A DNA stretch of 61,509 nucleotides, filler included, from Hausera hauseri (Eukaryota): assembly GCA_046269625.1 (NCBI GenBank). It is 11 parts of 11 records of this genome, joined end to end, with 100 filler letters (N's around TTAATTAATTAA, not from the genome) between each part and the next. Parts side by side here need not be neighbours in the genome. Positions count along the whole stretch, not along the records: positions 1 to 3,962 come from JBJURY010855745.1; positions 4,063 to 9,967 come from JBJURY010171085.1; positions 10,068 to 17,479 come from JBJURY010016343.1; 8 more parts are not named here. One strand, given 5' to 3'. The position numbers and the translations under genes are program-made. The notes beneath the pieces are model-generated. The model ran no database searches and was not told the origin of the DNA. It worked only from the letters and a program-made list of their open reading frames with translations. The stretch's first letter is position 1. Every line of letters begins with the position of its first letter. Positions 1-12,049 of the stretch are shown piece after piece.

Positions 1-938
1 CCCATTACGGACTAGAATACTTAAATAACTTATCAGAGGAAGACGACATGGCCACCCATAACGCAAACATAGTAGAAAAGTCGGAGGTAAAAGTAATATA
101 TGAATAGAAAAATTTGCATATACAAACAAATTTATCATTTTGTTTTACTTGTTTCAAAATCAAACTCGAAATAATGTGCAATTCCTATGTCATTAGTTTA
201 TACCGGAGGGGATTACTTATGCAACAAGTTTATCAAAATTTGCCCTTTACAAGTAAAGTTGTGTCCCTTGTAAGGTTTTATAATTTTTAATAAGAATGCA
301 GTTGAGCTTTTTATGATCTGTGTTAAAATGAGGAATTTGTTTAAATACTTAAAATGAATCTCAAGGATATTGGACTTTGTTCGAAACTTTATAGCTGTCC
401 TGTCAGCATAATAATGTAAATATTCGGCGCATATTTTGCAAATTATTTGATTCTGGAGGGTACGTTTACTCTATCTGCACAAAAATCCTTTTCCATATAT
501 TTGTGACATAATAGCCATATGATAGACAAAAATGTTCCTATTCTTGTAAGTTCGTCATCTAAATGTTAAAAATCAACATGGCCACTAGAGTGACGCGCCT
601 TACGAAACTGTCAAGGGGATGGTGTGCACATTTAAACTGTTCCTTATTGGATATGTTACGTTGATGCTCTATGATACTGACGCCCGGCAATTGGTGAATC
701 CGGAGAATAATTGGTTTAAAATCACAAAGCAACCAGATTTGAACGAACATTGATTTGTGTTTAGAAATATTTCCCAGGACCACCAGAAAGACACAGCCGA
801 TCTTTGGCTTTTCTACCTTAAATAGAAATAGGCCAGACGAGTTTTAAGTGCATAATCTGTAACTGTATCTATTTGTAATCCAGTGCAGAAGAGCCAGACA
901 ACGGTTACATATTAGTCAAAACCCGGTTACCTTGATTA

Positions 939-1486
939 TAAGTTCAACAGGTTCAAAAAGTACAAAATTTGATGCGGATTAATAGTATAAAAATCGTTTT
1001 TGCAAACAAAGCCAAGATTACGCAATATGGGCTTCTAAATGTTACGTCTTTTTGTACTTCTTCAATTATTCCCCTTAACATAGAGAGGAATTTTGAAATT
1101 TCATAAATTTTAAGTTTCTTTTTTCAACCAATATTTTACTAAGGTCGGATTTCCAATTTGTCGTTCATGTTACGACAAAATACAATGTATTCGTCCAATT
1201 ATCAGTCACAAGGTGTGACTCAATAAATATTTCTACCTTCTATATAAATATTAGTTGTTCACATAAGGATCACATGCTATGAGAAAAATATTAGACGGAT
1301 ATTTATTATGTAAACAAAATGTCAAGAAAGCACAATAGGTGAAATATTAAAAATAGAAAAAAATGGCAAAAATTGAAGAAGTGTAATGACGTAACAATTA
1401 GAAGTTCATATTGTGTAATCTTAGCTTTCTTTGCACTTTTTTAAAATTTTAATCATTATCGTAAAATTTTGTACATGTTGAACTTG
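939..1486. mobile_element. Non-autonomous foldback/MITE-like element with long imperfect terminal inverted repeats
   Basis: AAAGCCAAGATTACGCAATATGGGCTTCTAAATGTTACGTC (~1008-1048) is the near reverse complement of GACGTAACAATTAGAAGTTCATATTGTGTAATCTTAGCTTT (~1388-1428). The ends TATAAGTTCAAC / GTTGAACTTGTA are also complementary and TA-flanked. No ORF inside. Confidence 0.6.
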
Positions 1487-1822
1487 TAAAATTCCGACTA
1501 GCAGTAAGGTGCTCAGTACTCAACCTTCATACAGAATTAACACAATGGATTAAACTTCCCGACTGTTCAAACATTCATAAATCCCCCAGATATTCCCCGG
1601 CGCAGCACAGATGAAAAGTGCCAGACTTCTGTAAAGTGTAAATTCTACAAAAAAGCCGGTTGGCTGGACGCCGAATCAAGAATTCTAGAAAAAAGTAAAC
1701 AGAAAGAGTTTCTGCATTACTAGGAAATTGACAAAAGTTGACGAATATTGTACTTTATGTTACACTGTTCATATTGTAGTATATGCATTTTAATGTTGGA
1801 GTCACAACATTTATATTCCTAC

Positions 1823-3962
1823 CTTTAATATGAATGAATCTTCTGGCTGAAGACCAAGATTTTCAGTAGCGTTCTTTATTTCTGCTTCAAATTTTTGATT
1901 TCGCTGCCTAGGGACATTTAACTGAGGAAATAAATCACCAATCAATCCTAGGAATACTGGTGTATCATCGGTAATAATTTTTGGTGTGTTAAAGTCTCGT
2001 AAAGCTCTCATCAGAACGGAATCTTCACTCATTGACCTATCGCCCCTCTTCAATGATCCAGCAACAACTAACACAGATTTAATCGCACGTAAACCCCAGT
2101 CATAATGGTCTTGTTTCGATAATAACTCCTTGCATAACTGGTACAGTGTGATGAATTTTCTCGCCAACATTCTGGCATCCAAGAATCCTTCAGCAACCAA
2201 CATAATTTCGCAAATTAATTCAAAATCTGGTACAACCATAGCACATGGTCTGAAGAGCGCCTTCAGGTTTTCCGGCAATTCTGTACGTCCCGCATAACCG
2301 GGATTCATCGTGATGAATAGACCAACAGCTCGATTGAGCGGAATTACTTCTCCAAGAAAATTGAATTTCTCCTTTTTCAATCGAATCCCATCTTGAATAA
2401 CTTTAACCTGAACGGCAACAACCGACAGAACTTCAACGGAGATTCGATTAAATTCATCAAAGCATCCCCAACTGCCGGACTGAGCTAAGCCCTTATAAAT
2501 GTTCCCAATTGATTTGTAGTCCATTTGTTCAGAGCAGTTGAATACATATACCATTACGCCCATTGCTCTTCCGAGATCTTTTGTGGTTTCGGTTTTACCA
2601 GTTCCTGCTGGTCCAGCTGGTGCACCACTCATGCATAAATGTAGGGACTGCGTGAGAGTGATGTAGCACCGATCAGTAAGCGGCGTTATTACCAGTCTTG
2701 GTTGATTACCCAAATATTCATGAGCATACTGAAATTGGGCATCACAGATATTGGCAAAACAGTCTTTAATTTTATCATCCCACCGATGTCGCAACTGGGA
2801 TAACCACAGAAATCCCTGGGATGAATCGACTTTTTGTGCGATGAGTTTAGCAACCACATCCCGATTATGTACATCAATGGTACAAATAGTCATTATTTTT
2901 TGTCGATCTTCTGAATTGAGATCAGTGAGTAACATTTGAATGAGAGCACCGAGTTGGGCAATTTGCTTTTTATTATAATCCTTCATCGCATTTTCCAATC
3001 CCTCTTCCAATCGAGCAAATGCAATCTGAACTTCAGACGCCCAGCCAATTTGTGATCCAGTCAATGCAATCTGTGCCGGGTAATCAAACAGCCATTGATC
3101 CCTTGGTTTTTCTTCATACGTCACCACAGCATCTGCGAGAATGAGTCGCATTGTCAGTAACATTTGATCTAAAAGTTTATTCAACCACTCTTCAACTTGA
3201 CCCGATAGCGTTATTTGCTCGTAAAACTTGACCACTTCACTATCCTTCGCAATCATATGACTTGACACTTTTGGGTCGACCTTTTCGTCAAGGATCTTTA
3301 ATTTCCCGATACTGTCGAACAGCTTTGATAAGTGTTTCATAACTTTCAATGGAAACTTTCCATTACTTACTATGTCCATTAAATCAACTGACGAGACGAA
3401 ATAAAACCGAGGAAAAGCCAAACGTTTCGTTTCTAAGTACTTCGCTAGAGCCTTTTCACATAAAGTTAATTCATCTCGCAATAGAGTTATTTCTTTCATT
3501 AGCGTATCGCGTCCGGTGGATGCTTCAATAACTCTTGGGGTGTTTTCGAAATACTTTGCCATTTCTTTGAATTCGGCATCGACTTTGAAGAACCGTTCAG
3601 TATCTTCAGGTAATTGAACTCGAATATCATCGATCAGAACGAATATGGATTCTAAACACGACCAGCTTTGTTGAACTTCGAAGAACGACGTCAGAACGGA
3701 ATCAGTTTCGCAAGGTATGTCATACCAATAGTTAATTTGATATATAAAAAATGCATTGTCACTGTTACCAAGCATGTCCAAGACTTTAACTTGAGTTTCT
3801 CCCAGAATGGATGTTAAATCATCGCTAGCTTTTGGTAGTATAATTTCAGTTCGATCATGTTTATCATATTCGAATTGCAGATTTTCCCAAACATCGCGAA
3901 ATTTTTTCGAGTCTTTTTCGATTTTCTGTTTATTGCCGGCTTTGGAAACGACGCCTCTAACT
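1823..3962 (-). CDS. Internal exon of an axonemal dynein heavy chain (outer-arm beta type, DNAH9/11/17-like): linker plus AAA1
   Basis: Frame is open from the contig edge at 3962. Motifs: [20 protein letters not shown], Walker [48 protein letters not shown]. Ends at ...FILK followed by donor GTAGGA at 1822. The next exon is not seen in 1-1822. Confidence 0.95.
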
Positions 3963-4062
3963 NNNNNNNNNNNNNNNNNNNNNNNNNNNNNNNNNNNNNN
4001 NNNNNNTTAATTAATTAANNNNNNNNNNNNNNNNNNNNNNNNNNNNNNNNNNNNNNNNNNNN
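3963..4062. other. Artificial contig linker (N-run/TTAATTAATTAA/N-run); identical linkers at 9968-10067, 17480-17579, 30606-30705, 36324-36423, 40457-40556, 44787-44886, 49119-49218, 53191-53290, 57422-57521
   Basis: Ten identical 100-nt spacers with stop codons in all six frames. Confidence 0.99.
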
Positions 4063-4490
4063 GAACCAGAGCGACTGAACCAAAGGGACAGAACCAGAGA
4101 GACAGAACCAGAGAGACAGAACCAGAGCGACTGAACCAAAGGGACAGAACCAGAGAGACAGAACCAGAGAGACAGAACCAGAGAGACAGAACCAGAGAGA
4201 CAGAACTAGAGGGACAGAACCAGAGCTACTGAACCAGAGCGACTGAACCAGAGTGACTGAACCAGAGCTACTGAACTAGAGCTACTGAACCAGAGCGGCT
4301 GAACCAGAGCGACTGAACCAGAGCGACTGAACCAGAGCTATTGAACCAGAACTACTGAACCAGAACTACTGAACCAGAACTACTGAACCAGAGCTACTGA
4401 ACAAGAGCTACTGAACAAGAGCGAATGAACCAGAGTGACGGAACCAGAGTGACAGAACCATAATGACTGATCTAGAGCGACAGAACCATA
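4063..4490 (+). repeat. Minisatellite, ~14-bp unit GAACCAGAG(CGACT/AGACA/CTACT)
   Basis: About 30 tandem, gradually diverging copies starting at the contig edge. Confidence 0.95.
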
Positions 4491-4650
4491 TCAACATAAA
4501 AAGAGTGACCAAACCGGTGTGACTGAATCAGCGGGCCAGAAACAAAAAAACTGAACCTCACTATTTACCTCAGTAAATATAGTAGCTTTCTCAAATTATT
4601 GTTTGAAAGCATTCCCGTTTTGTGTGCTAACAATCACAGACAGTTGCTAA

Positions 4651-4830
4651 TGTTCCGACAAATAATATCGGAACATTATCCGATATTATGTTCCGATAAT
4701 ATCGGAACATAATAAATGTGCAGATAAAAAAATTTTTTCGGAACTTTTCGTCACATTTTATAGGAGCTAATTTCAAAATTACTTTTTTATCGTACAGTCT
4801 TCCGATGGTTTAAAGACTATCGGAACATAC
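4651..4830. repeat. Cluster of TGTTCCGA/TCGGAACA inverted motifs including a perfect 15-bp-arm palindrome (4684-4714)
   Basis: TATTATGTTCCGATA-A-TATCGGAACATAATA, with further motif copies at ~4651, 4668, 4738, 4800 and 4819. Confidence 0.75.
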
Positions 4831-7800
4831 TTAAGTGAACATTAATACACGTGTACAGTATTACATGGATAATCATGTGAATGTTGTTTAACAAAAAATT
4901 CCGAATTGGCACTTGCTTAATTTCTCCGTCGTAATATACAAACAAATTTTAAATTTTCATAATTTTATTGGTCAAATATTTAACATTTTGCATTACTGTA
5001 TCAGTGATTTTGTAATAAATAGTCAGAGTGAGGTGCAAAATATAATGTTGACTAATAATAAGAAAAAGTATTTCCTAAGCAAGATTGGAGTTTTTGAGTG
5101 ACATTTTTATTTTTTCTCAAATCTCCTCCATGACATTTAGTAATTTTAAATTCATTTGTGTATCAATTTTGGCTTTATTGTGCCTTTACATGCACCTATT
5201 CTGAAATTCAAATTTATTAGTGTAATTAAAACACATTTCATCAAAAGCTAAGTAAGCTAAGCAGAGTAAATTGGTAAATAGCAAAAGTAATTGTCTAAAC
5301 GCAAATTAATGTTGCGATTAGCATAGATAAAATAAACAATAATTAAAATTTATATAAATCTTTAAATATATGCCAGTATTCAATGAAGAATGACATTACA
5401 AAAATGAACGACCAATATTTCATGCCATAAGTAAATAACTAGACTGAAAATAAAATAAAATTCTGTAATTGGATATACACACCATGAATTTCCACACTTA
5501 ACTTGAAACGTTAAAAGTACAAAAATAATATAATTAAACCTAAGAATGTTAATTTCTGTATTTAATAAATCCTCATTCATAAGACCCTTCCTGCTATATG
5601 AAATATATAGATCCACTATCCGGTAAATTACTTAGATGAAGTAGTTGGAAAATAATTTCTTTTGTAAACCGGCCATTTGAAGTAAACAGCCTACAGACAG
5701 AAAATACTAATACATAGCTGTATCTTCTTTATTTGCAATTACAACACATAACATGACAGTTATATTAAAAATATTAATAACGGTTGTTTTTAGAACATGA
5801 CTGTACGAATTTCTCGGCTAAAATTTTCCAAATCTATATTTCGTGTACAAATCAGAATTTTCAACGGAATAATTTCAACAACAATTGCTTTTTTCGGATA
5901 CATGAGGACCTTTAACATCAAAATCCCGGACTATAAATGCAAAATTAAAGGCCTGTATAGTTAAGATTCTCATTAATGAATTGTACTACGGAAACTTTCA
6001 GATTTTGACGGATATATTGACGTAGAAACTCATGTATTAACCAAATAACCGCCGCGCTGCGGCTTTGAGCGCTTGTCGAGATATTTTAAGCTTCTAAATT
6101 AGAATATAATTTAAAAGATTTAGAAATTACCATTTAAGTCTGTAAAATGTTATTTTCAATGATAATATGAACATGAAAAGATGAATAATTTCCACCATCC
6201 GTTAATCCTAAATGAATTAACAGTATTAAGAGATTCCCATTTCATAAAACAATACCTACTATATAAAAAATTACCTTCGAGAAAATACTAAATACAACAA
6301 ACTTTATATATATAATTGGCTGTACATGGCTCATTTGAACAGACAACGGTACATCTACAAATATGGATACCAATAAATAGACGACAATGTGACTGGCGTT
6401 AATATTGTAAATAATATCTTGATAAATAGTACGTTTTGTGTTTATATTAAGTTTTATGCTAATTTATTTATATAGATCTTTTTGTTCATAATTACGGAAT
6501 TAGTAATTGAATACAAATTGCTAGTTTTGTACACATATGATGTTTGCTGTTTTACTTGTCACTAAACAAAAGAAGTCCGGCCAATTACAACGTTGGTTCT
6601 TCTTAGCTTAAAAAGATTTTTTTTAAAATCGTTCTGGATTTAAGCTGGAACTACAATTACTACTTATGTAATTTCAATATTTATTGAGTCCCAACGCTTT
6701 CTTGACCTTCATATATTTCACTTCTCTGATTCAGAAATGACAAATAGTTGTGCAAAGTGGTAAAGAAATGTCTTATCTCTTCCCTAGATTATACTTTAAG
6801 AATCTTTTTAAAAAGAAAATCGTCAAATAATTATCCTTGTTGAACGTTTGTCTCATCAGAAAAGCCCTTAACGGATACCTCATAAAATGGTCTTACTGAT
6901 ACTAACCAGCTAAATAACTGTATACAAAATTTCTTGATATCAGTCACTGAATGAAATACGGAGGAACGAATGAGGCCTTTACCTTAATAGTTTTTAAATT
7001 TATTTTAAAGCAAATACTTTAAAAAGTAATTTTCCCTTTTTCTGATTCAATAAGTAAACTATATATAAGCCACGCCAGTATCTTTAGAAATTGTAGTTAA
7101 GGGTTAGCTATATTTTGTAAAACTAATTTTATTGAATTCATGTAGAAATTTTCCTACAATATCCTAAAATTAGGCTTGCCGGAAAACACGAATTTTCCAC
7201 ATATTATTATTAGGGTCAAAATTTGATTAAAGATACATGGTCTGACAAATAAGTTCGGTGACTGAACATCTCCTTAAAACACTGTTATTTTATTTTGGAC
7301 TAAAAAGCACATTTTCGAATTCGTTTAAGATTTTTAATGAGCAATAGAAATTTGATTTTGTCGTGTAAAAATAGAAATAACATTTCTTAAATCGAAATTG
7401 AGAAATATTGAGTCTGCTTGTCACCTTGATAACCTGTCGTATCCACCCAATTGTAAACGGAATAAGCGACGAACTGTACAAAAAATATATAGATTTTACT
7501 TTTACGCGCACATACGAACACAGAAATGTGAAATACTGTTGACCGACATTTTTTCTCATCTGATTTGAATTTAAGTAACATTTATCCAATGAATCGTTTA
7601 CCAAGACGTATTCCGTTGTTGAAACGTCGATTTTCCGATTATTCCGGTGCCTATACGGTATTTGTTAGCATTATTCGATAAATTTCATCTATTATATAGA
7701 ATAACGGGTCATTATTACCAAAACCGAACGGTGTTTCGTACGGATGGACACGATCGTTGGCAATTGTCATTTCTGCCGTATTTCTCGGTGGATATTTCAG

Positions 7801-8309
7801 TAAGGAAATGGCGGTTTTTATGGAGGAAATGGAAGTTTTCTCACCGCACGATTGTGTGAAATCATGAAGAATAATCAATTAGGAACGAGTTCCATATTCT
7901 ATTTTCAGAAATCCATACTGCCTTGTTTACAGTTTATTTTCATATATTAGTTTTATTTCAGATGTTGTTGACACTAAATTAAAAATAAATAATGTGCTAT
8001 GTAGATGTATTAGATATTGTAATTTACACACATGAATGTGTGCGTATATTGAACTTCATATATTTTTCTTTAAAATCGGAAATTTATCAAATAATTTGGA
8101 CGTAACATTTGGCAAAAATATCTTGTCATGATTATAAAATCATTCCTAACGGCACAAACAATTCAAATGCCTAACATGAAAATTAATTTTGTCATATTAT
8201 CTAGGTTGCTCAAAGGAAACAGGTAAATTCAGTGAAACTTTTTTATACTATTGACAATATCACAGGGCATAGTGTCATTTAATCCAAAATATATTTACTA
8301 AAATAATTT

Positions 8310-9387
8310 CAGCAATTGGACAGATTTGCTCTGAATATTTAAGTCAGGTTTCCCGTTCCACCATTTACAATGCTATTGATCGTGTTTCACAAGGTCTACT
8401 TTATTAAGATTTGTTGCGATCAGGAAGGCCTGGAGTCTTGGTTAAACGGCAGCATACTTCACTTAAAGCAGATGCAGTAAATAAAGTGGGTGTCAGTCTG
8501 CTGATGATAGCGCGAAAGTATGGGGTTCATTTCTTTACCATCCATCAGTATTTGAAACGTCTTAACATCCGTTACAACCGACGACAGAAAGTCCCTAAAT
8601 ATAGTGCAGAGCAGTTGGAAGATGTTCGGTCAACTGCTCGCCATCTGTTACGATGCCACTTCAAGCCAGGAGTTTCGATAATAATGGATGATGAAAAATA
8701 TTTTGGGTTGAACTATGATACCATACCAGGATATGTTAGTTTCTATTTACATGGCACAACAAACGTGCCAAATTAAATAAAGTTCTATGGAAAAGAGAAG
8801 TATCCAACAAAATTCTTATTTTGGATTGCCATCCGTGATCGAGGGATATCAGAACCATTGTTCCGTCATTCAAAAGCCCCAGCTATTAATCAAAATGTCT
8901 ATTTGATGGGCTGCTTAGAACCACGTTTACTTCCTTTCATTGAACGCTTTCATTCTGATGGCAACTACATGTTCTGGCCCGACAAAGCAAACACCGACTA
9001 TGTTAGTTCTGTTCTTGACTGGTTCTTTACCAGCAACATTCACTTTGTTCCCAAAAAGACAACCCTGCCAATCTTCCCCAGGCAAGACCTATCGAAAATC
9101 TATGGGGTGTTTTAGCACAACGAGTATATGAATGTGGATGGTGTGTCAAATCAGAACGTGCTCTACGCATGCGCATAAAAAAAGAAGCTGGCAGAAATCA
9201 GTCCAGATTTTGTCCAATCAATGATGCAGACTGTTCTTAGTAAGCTTCGCACTGTAGCTGGCAAAGGGTCTTTGGCCACCTCACTGATATAAATAATAAA
9301 ACTACTTAAATAGACTTATCATTTAATTTAATGACGCCAAAAGCTGGTTGTTTGAGTTTTGTCCAGATACTCATGCAACACAGATTA
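8310..9387 (+). mobile_element. Tc1/mariner DD37E-type transposase pseudogene with probable 3' TIR
   Basis: HTH region SRSTIY..RSGRP; catalytic motifs IIMDDEKYF, FWPD and NPANLPQARPIENLW. D-to-E spacing is 37 after repairing a 1-nt deletion near 9057. Stop at 8776. GTCCAGATACTCATGCAACACAGATTA (9361-9387) is a candidate terminal repeat. Confidence 0.85.
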
Positions 9388-10067
9388 TTCAATAATTGTA
9401 GATCATCTTTTCGACGACATATTTAATACATTATCCAACGGAATAAATTGCGTGATATCAAAATCAAAAGATATAATAAACTGTACTTTAAAAAGAATAT
9501 TTAAAAAATATGTAAAACCTTAATTTCCATTATTGCTGCTTGTGACAGTCGGCTGTCGTTGCCAAGAAGATTTGCTAAACTCCCGATGACTCGTTCAGCG
9601 GCAAAGGCAAGCGTATCACTATAAAAATTTAATCAATACTTTGCACAGAAAGAACGTTAAAACAAATTATAAATTCCCCTTGGCTTAAATGAAACTCAAC
9701 TAATCTGTAAATAATTTTTATGATTCGCGTTGGGATGGCTGAAAATACAAACAAAATATTGTTCGTAATATGGAAAAGATTTGCTTCATTTTTGAAAAAT
9801 TAAATAACGTTATTTTATGAACAAAACCTTTTGAATTAAATAAGTATATGTATGGTTAAGTTAGAGTAAAAAAATTTAAACAAATATTCGTTCAATGCAC
9901 TTTTATTAATCATAAATAGACTTGGAAGTTTTAGATCCAAACATAACCCCCAAAAATATGCGAAAAGNNNNNNNNNNNNNNNNNNNNNNNNNNNNNNNNN
10001 NNNNNNNNNNNTTAATTAATTAANNNNNNNNNNNNNNNNNNNNNNNNNNNNNNNNNNNNNNNNNNNN

Positions 10068-10382
10068 GTTATCTACTCCCGTCTCCATTTGTGAGTCTTC
10101 AGTATTCCCCTGCGCAACATTTATGGTCTGGATTTTCCCAGTCTCCGCCTTGTTAAGCACTTCCGTGTCTTTCTCTTTGTCTTCATTGTTCGCCTCTTCA
10201 ACATGTGTGATAAATATTTTCCCCGTTTTCTCGAAGTCAAGTGTAGTATATACTACACGATCGTCTGGGTCATTAGCTATTTTCTTTGCTTTCTTTTTTG
10301 CTTGTTTTGGTTTTTTTTTGCCCTTGACTGCTTGAACTGTTATGTACACAAGACCCTCCTCAGAAATAAAGCGACCAGTATC
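10068..10382 (-). CDS. Probable host exon: cytoplasmic-tail-like peptide with two ITIM-consensus tyrosine motifs
   Basis: Acceptor TTTGTTTCTGTCTCCAG, then an open frame DTGRFISEEGLVYITV...DDRVVYTTLDF... to the contig edge. Confidence 0.4.
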
Positions 10383-12049
10383 CTGGAGACAGAAACAAAC
10401 ATTTTATATAAAAGGAGAGTTAGTAATAAAGTAATGACAAATATACATGAAATCAATCTTGTGCCGCGATGTTTTAAAACGTGATAGATAGGCACTATTA
10501 CTATTGTGAACATCTGTGTTGTCGAGGAATTAATGTTAGCATATATACAAGCAGCATGGTACAGCGTAGATTAGCAGCATTTCGTCGCTTTTCAGTTGTA
10601 TTATTTTAAATACTTCAGTACATGTACTGTGTTTTGCTGTTATGGAGTTTCTTTTCATGATTCCCATTATTATATTTGCCCATTCTGTGAAACCATCTCA
10701 GAACTTTCATATATAGATTTTTTCAAACAACATGCGCATCACTCATCCGACTTCTATCAAAAAAGAAAAGAGTTATTTTTCAAAATCAAAAGAAGGCGTT
10801 GGAGATAGCTACAAATTTATTCGGCAATAACAATGGGCAGTCAACCAGCGCAGTAGTGCAAAGACGAGAAACCCCAAAGCGCTATAGTGTCACTTTGACT
10901 GGAGGACTTAAGCAAAGCAGGCACAGACAAACTGATGATATGGCTTTTAAAAAGCCAATGAAAAAATTTGTTCTATTTACGACAGGACAAAATACATTGC
11001 AGGATATTCTGAATTCTATTTTAAATGAATAGATTGGAATATTGCAGGACAAATTGAGTTAACTGAAATCTATCAAAGTTAATTTAATGTTATAATCTAT
11101 ATATACGAACAAAGATGTCGAGAAAGCAAAACGAGCAATGTATGGCTTTCGTCTGCATTTCACCCATACTTTTAGTACACGGTAATCGAATCGAGTATAA
11201 CATGTTTGAATATTTTGGTTCCATTCGGTCTTGATAAAATTGAAACACAATGCAGTATTTGGATTCAATTCTACCAAGGTTGAAGTGACAATTTTAAAAC
11301 TTCGGTGTCGTATGACAATGACGAAAAGTCTTGCAATGTTAAAAAGTGGTAGTTTGGAGTTTGTATTTTTAAAAAACAGATACAATTTATACCTTATATA
11401 TACTATTTATGTGTGTAAAAGCCAGTACATGAAAAGACAATAAAACACGTAATTTTATTCATATAATAGGACACGCTTTCAAACAGCCGACTCTATGTCC
11501 AAACCGTTTGTCCAGTTAGTCGCATTTTTGAACAACCTTAATATCCAATGTTATCACAATTTCACTATCATCATCTTCATCATAGTAGACATAGAATATT
11601 TTCATTCCTGATAAAATTTCTTTGCCAAGAATAATCTTACATCTGACAGGCCGTATCAATCTGTTAAAATATGTTCTTAGATTGATTTGAATTCCATGAT
11701 GGCTCATCGTCCATCTTTTCAATAACACAGGGACTCAGAATAATATTTCACCATATATCACTGAAAAATTGACCGAGCCCTCATTTGGATATCTTGTGAT
11801 TTCTTCAATTACTTTCAAATTACGACAAATTCATATAGTATTTATACTCTTTTATCTTTCATTTGATTGGCTATAATTTTCTGAAAAATAGTGTAAATAA
11901 AGTGGCCGTTTTCATTTTATTTTCCTCTTACAATGCGATTTAAAAATGGTATGTTTCTCTTTTTCAAACTTGGTATTTTTATTTCTTTATTCTAGAATTG
12001 CAACTAAAATTATTGTACGAACAAGTTCTATTCCACTGAAAAATGCGAT

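Noticed and set aside
4063-4490. CRISPR-like array
   Set aside because: Tandem 14-bp units with no unique spacers and no cas genes, in a eukaryotic context.
7233-7620. Mariner-like TIR start TACATGGTCTGACAAATAAGTTCGGTGA
   Set aside because: No matching second TIR or transposase could be found.
10596-11840. C2H2-like CPFC..H..H peptide and short broken ORFs upstream of pPolB copy 1
   Set aside because: Possibly decayed Polinton accessory genes, but too fragmented to assign.
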